Assembly: GCF_009914755.1 (NCBI RefSeq)
Contig: NC_060925.1
DNA: 64,000 bases
Reading direction: 5' to 3' (one strand)
From: the human T2T-CHM13v2.0 reference genome, Homo sapiens
Shown: one piece after another, positions 59,687-64,000 of the stretch
Layout of the letters: every line of letters starts with the position of its first letter
Position numbering within the stretch: the first letter of the stretch is position 1
Notes under the pieces: model-generated
Told to the model about the DNA's origin: nothing
What the model saw: only the letters and a program-made list of their open reading frames with translations
The model's database searches: none
Translations under genes and position numbers: made by a program

Positions 59687-62594
59687 CCATTCATTATAAA
59701 GCCTGGCTTCACTCGAAGTGCCCCATCTGGGCAGACCATGCTCCTCCACTTTTCTGAGACATATTTAGACCCATTCTATGTCTGTGGGGTGAGACTAGCA
59801 CGGGGCTCTGATACTGGTGCATACACTTTCCTGGGCTGTCTTGGCTTCCTGGGTTCATCCTCTCTCTTATGACACCTGGTATCCCATTTAGGTATGTCAC
59901 AGGTGACATAAAATCTCTCCTTTAGGAGCCAAGTCCTAAGGCAGCCAGCCTGTGCCCAATCTAAGAGTCAGAGGGATATGATGTCCCTACCGAGCAAACA
60001 CTCATATCGTGGACTGTCCTGAGTGCTTTACTAACATTAGTTCATTGGATTCTCCCAACAATCTTCTATGTTGGCTACAATTATACTAGTTTTACAGATG
60101 GAAAAACTGAGGCACGTTGGGCTTAAGTAATTGCCCAAGGCCACCCATTGGGCAACGACAAGGCCAGGCAGGCTGGCTCCAGAGTCTGTGTTCTTGACCT
60201 TGGGTCTTCCTCCAGTTTGTAGATCTCAGCCCAGTGAGCTGGAGGAAGCACCTGGATTCCCAGGCAGTTGCTGCCGTTTCAGCCTTCAAGGCTGCAGGCT
60301 TCATCCAGGTCCCAGGCCAATTTGTGCAGGGAGAGCTGGTGGCAGTTCACCTCCTTGTGCCTTGGAGGGAACCCAGGCCCCCTCATGGTACTTGGGGAGG
60401 ACGGGGTCTGAGAGGAGGCTTTACTCCTGCTTGTCAAAGTGACAGCAAAGGGCCATGATGATGGGAGAGAGTCATACCCAGCTGTCGTCAGGCAGCACAG
60501 CCCACCAGCACCATGACACTAGGAGCTGGGGTGGGGTTCCCAGGAATGGGTGACGCCACTAGGGTGTGGCTGATGGTGGTAGGCTGGGAAATGCAGTCCC
60601 ACGGGGATGTCTCTGCCTTCCCCACCTTGCCCGCTCCCCTGCAGGTGCAGCCAATGCCCATTCCCTGTGGGCAGCCCACCCTTGCTGAGACTTGGCAAGG
60701 CTGCCAGCTGCTCCTTTTCCCAGCACAGGAAAGCAAAGCCCAAAGCCTCTGAGAGGCTCAATCAGCATGATCACATCTTTGCTGGTTTTGGGCCAGGATG
60801 AGTGTTTGGACTTCTCATTAGGTGTCTGAGATGACGTCCAGGCGTGTCGTTTATGGAGAACAAGGGTGCTCCTTGTTGCATTTCCATTTAAGGCTTAGCT
60901 GGCTCTTTGCCCTTTGGCAATGCTGGGCTTCCCCCTCCATGTTGTCATCTGCCACCTTCCTTCCCCTGAGAGGAGAATGGAGGGTGTGGCCATTTGTAAA
61001 GGCTTTCATGGCATATTTTGCCTGTAATCTGCAGGACACGCATTCCATACCCAGATGCTCAGAAAATTGCCCAGCTGCTCTCCCCATGCCTTGTGATTGT
61101 CCATCTATGCCTCTCCCAACAACCAGACACCAATTCTCTTTGGAGTAGGTTGGTTGACCCAGTTTGGGGAAGAAAATTATGCCTGCCTGAGTGCACAGCT
61201 GGGCGTGTGGGTGAAGGGGATGAGCAGGCTATTGCCAAGGTTAACAGTCTGTGGCTTCTGAGTTTTGAATGCAACTTCTGACTGGTGGTTTGACACCCAG
61301 TCTTTCTGGGAGCTCAAACCATGGGAGTTTCCTGCTGTCTGTGACTCCCTGCAGAGATGAAAAAGGACCAAGTCGAGTGCCAGCCCCTCCCCAGCTTGTG
61401 TGGCTAGATCTGGTGCAGAAGGGAATTACCCAGTTGCCTAACGACCTCCCCTACACACACATACTCTCTCTCTCTCAGGGAGGGGCAGGGGTGGGCGGGC
61501 AGGCCCTAGGTTGCTGGGTTTGGCCCTGGCCCATCCCAGCAAAGGTGAGTCCCAAGTCAGCACCTGTGTGGAGATGTTTTTTTATCATACTTGATGTTGA
61601 TCCTCTACTATGAGAACAAGTTGGAGCAGGCCAGACCCACCAGCTTGTGAGCTCCTGGGAAAGTCCTCCTCAGACAGTTCTGTTCCAGAACTGATTCGCA
61701 CCAAGTCTCCAACCTCACAGGCCCCTCCCAAGGAGGCCGACTCCCCACTTGGGCTCACACAGAGCTCATGAGGCACCTCATTGTCTGTTGTATGTTTTTG
61801 TGCCGGATTGAGCCTCTGCCCAGCTTCTCCCCATTGCCAGCCTGACAACAAAGCCCAGGAGGCCCTCCCTGTACCCCACCTTGCAGCCCCAGGCCTGCCT
61901 CCATGTGTGCACGCAGGCCCCTAGCTCACAGTCCCTTGTAAAAGGGCCCAGGGAGCAGGAATATTGTCCCTCTTTGGCCTTTGAGGTGACCTGTTACCCT
62001 TTGCTTCTTGCCCTGGAAGAGGGGAGGCAAGATGAAGAGTTTAGCAGAAAAGAACAGTAGAAAACAGTCCTGGCCAGAATAGAAGTTTCTGTGTGCTGAG
62101 TATAAGGGGCCCAAGAAGGCTGGCTGTGTGAGAAGCTGCTGGTGTCTGGGAATGGCATAGGGCTTGGAGACCCAGACTCAAGTCCAGGTTTTGTCCTTTC
62201 CTCACCGAGTGACTACTAGAAGGTCACTCTTCTCTGGGCCTCCAACTCCCCCTCCTGGACTGTACCATGTGGGACCAGATCAGAGGTTGTCAAACTTTTT
62301 TGACAGCAATTCACAGTAATAAATGCGAAGGATTGTTCTGCCTCAGGTGCCGACAGCACCCACGTAAAGAAACACTGCACCATTCGTCATAAAGCCTGGC
62401 TTCACTCGAAGTGCCCCATCTGGGCAGACCATCCTCCTCCACTTTTCTGAGACATATTTAGACCCGTTCTGTGTCTGTGGGGTGAGACTAGCATGGAGCT
62501 CTGATACTGGTGCATACACCTTTCCTGGGCTGTCTTGGCTTCCTGGGTTCATCCTCCCTCTTATGACACCTGGTAGCTCCTTTAGGTATGTCAC
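59635..62594 (+). repeat. Dispersed direct duplication: 59635-59900 and 62328-62594 (~94% identical)
   Basis: Manual alignment: ~14 substitutions and 1 indel over ~267 bp. Confidence 0.95.
59990..60200 (-). mobile_element. MIR (one of many MIR/L2 relics; not all are listed)
   Basis: ttttacagatggaaaaactgaggcac...ttaagtaattgcccaaggccacc. Confidence 0.7.
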
Positions 62595-62781
62595 GTATGT
62601 TGCAACCCAGTACCCATACACTGTTTCACAAAACAATGTGTGACTTTACTACCTGCACTGCACTCTGATATTTTATATTCCAGGATATATTATTCTATTC
62701 CATCTTTTTAAAAATGATGGCCATAGTCTTCTAAATTGATTTTATAATCCACAATGGGTCACAGCCTGCAGTTAGAAAAGT
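62281..62781. mobile_element. MER112-like hAT-Charlie element interrupted by a 267-bp insertion (62328-62594)
   Basis: cagaggttgtcaaacttttttgac...cacagtaataaat // gcaacccagtac...ctctgatatttt...ctaaattgattt...atgggtcacagcctgcagtt. Confidence 0.6.
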
Positions 62782-62940
62782 AATATATCAGATGATGGCT
62801 CAGGTTCCTTCCAGGCCAAACATTCTGGGATTCTGTAAGCGTTATTATGGGGGCTGGGGAGGGCTGTATCTCATGCCCTGCTGGATCCAGGACCCCCATT
62901 TAGGAACCTTGACTGAGCTTTTCTCCCTTTCCCTGGCCAG

Positions 62941-63335
62941 ATCTACAATGGAACCCTCAAGCGGGAGCCTGACAACAGGCGCTTCAGCTCCTACAGCCAG
63001 ATGGAGAACTGGAGCCGGCACTACCCCCGGGGCAGCTGTAACACCACCGGCGCAGGCAGCGACATCTGCTTCATGCAGAAAATCAAGGCGAGCCGCAGTG
63101 AGCCCGACCTCTACTGTGACCCACGGGGCACCCTGCGCAAGGGCACGCTGGGCAGCAAGGGCCAGAAGACCACCCAGAACCGCTACAGCTTTTACAGCAC
63201 CTGCAGTGGTCAGAAGGCCATAAAGAAGTGCCCTGTGCGCCCGCCCTCTTGTGCCTCCAAGCAGGACCCTGTGTATATCCCGCCCATCTCCTGCAACAAG
63301 GACCTGTCCTTTGGCCACTCTAGGGCCAGCTCCAA
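62941..63335 (+). CDS. PKP1: Plakophilin-1 coding exon 3 (395 nt; IYNGTLKREPDNRRFSSYSQ...KASRSEPDL...GHSRASS)
   Basis: Acceptor ttctccctttccctggccag|ATC; donor CAA|GTGAGT. In frame with exon 2; contains the Ser155 RSEP motif. The gene continues beyond the window. Confidence 0.97.
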
Positions 63336-63606
63336 GTGAGTGCTGCTGGGCTGGGTTGGGGAGCCAGGAGGGCCAGTGGGGAGACACACCCTTAGCCTGA
63401 CTGCACCCTGCAAAGGGCTCCTGGGATGACAGGAGAGACATAGCTTCTGTCCCTGGGGAGTTCATTGCCCCTGGTGTAATGGACTCCCTAATGGGGAGAA
63501 CCTGGCCCCATGGGCCCTTGAACTCAAGAAGTTCTTAGTGTGAAGGTGAAACAGACATTGACTGTGTAGGTTTTAAAGGTCACAGTTTATGAACAGAAAG
63601 AGGCTA

Positions 63607-63790
63607 ATAGTTCTCAAAGTGTGTTCCTCCAACCAGCAACATCAGCATCACCCAGGAATTTGTTAGAAATGCTCATTTGGGGACCCACCCAGACCTATTG
63701 TCTCAGAAACACTGGGAGAGGGGCCCAGCAATGCATATATTAACAAGCCCTTCAGTGATTCTGATTTACACTAGAGTTTGAGAACCTCTG
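63607..63790. mobile_element. MER5A
   Basis: ttctcaaagtgtg...cagcatcacccaggaatttgttagaaatgc...taacaagccc...agtttgagaacctctg. Confidence 0.8.
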
Positions 63791-63944
63791 ATCTTAGGCA
63801 TGTAAATCTCTATCCATGTTCTGAAAGAGCAAAGGAATATGCCCCGGTATGGACGACGGGAATAGAATGGGTTTCAGGTTACGTTATAAGATAGGTAAAT
63901 CCAAAGGACAAATAGGACAAATAGACATAAAAACTGAGGGACAT

Positions 63945-64000
63945 GGCCTGGGTGTGGTGGCTCACGCCTGTAATCCCAGCACTTTGGGAGGCCGAGGCAG
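63945..64000 (+). mobile_element. Alu 5' end (runs off window)
   Basis: ggtgtggtggctcacgcctgtaatcccagcactttgggaggccgagg. Confidence 0.92.

Noticed and set aside
62792-63465. 206-aa minus ORF and 143-aa alternate-frame plus ORF over exon 3
   Set aside because: Shadow ORFs of a high-GC3 coding exon.

Overview
Primate, most likely human, genomic DNA. It contains the 5' part of PKP1 (plakophilin-1, + strand): a CpG-island promoter at ~33.2 kb and coding exons 1-3 (33486-33687, 43719-43822, 62941-63335; about aa 1-233 of the head domain). About 33 kb of upstream intergenic DNA precedes it, dense with Alu, MIR, L2, L1, MLT and MER relics. No prokaryotic-type system (CRISPR, operon, etc.) is present, and almost all track ORFs are noise. 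The most interesting unexplained structure is in the first 10 kb. First, three phase-0 exon relics on the + strand splice into a frameshifted, heptad-preserving coiled-coil protein (candidate unitary pseudogene). Second, a possible convergent - strand gene relic has an intron holding a 3.3-kb (GATGGAGT/GAGATGGAGT)n satellite that abuts the acceptor site. Inside PKP1 intron 2 there are a recursive-splice-site/poison RS-exon motif, a 66-nt in-frame cryptic cassette exon capped by a G-quadruplex, a 267-bp templated copy-paste into a DNA transposon relic, and a de novo FLAM tandem dimer. Everything was read by eye. Repeat subfamily names are from memory and boundaries are approximate. None of the candidate elements has been checked against databases.
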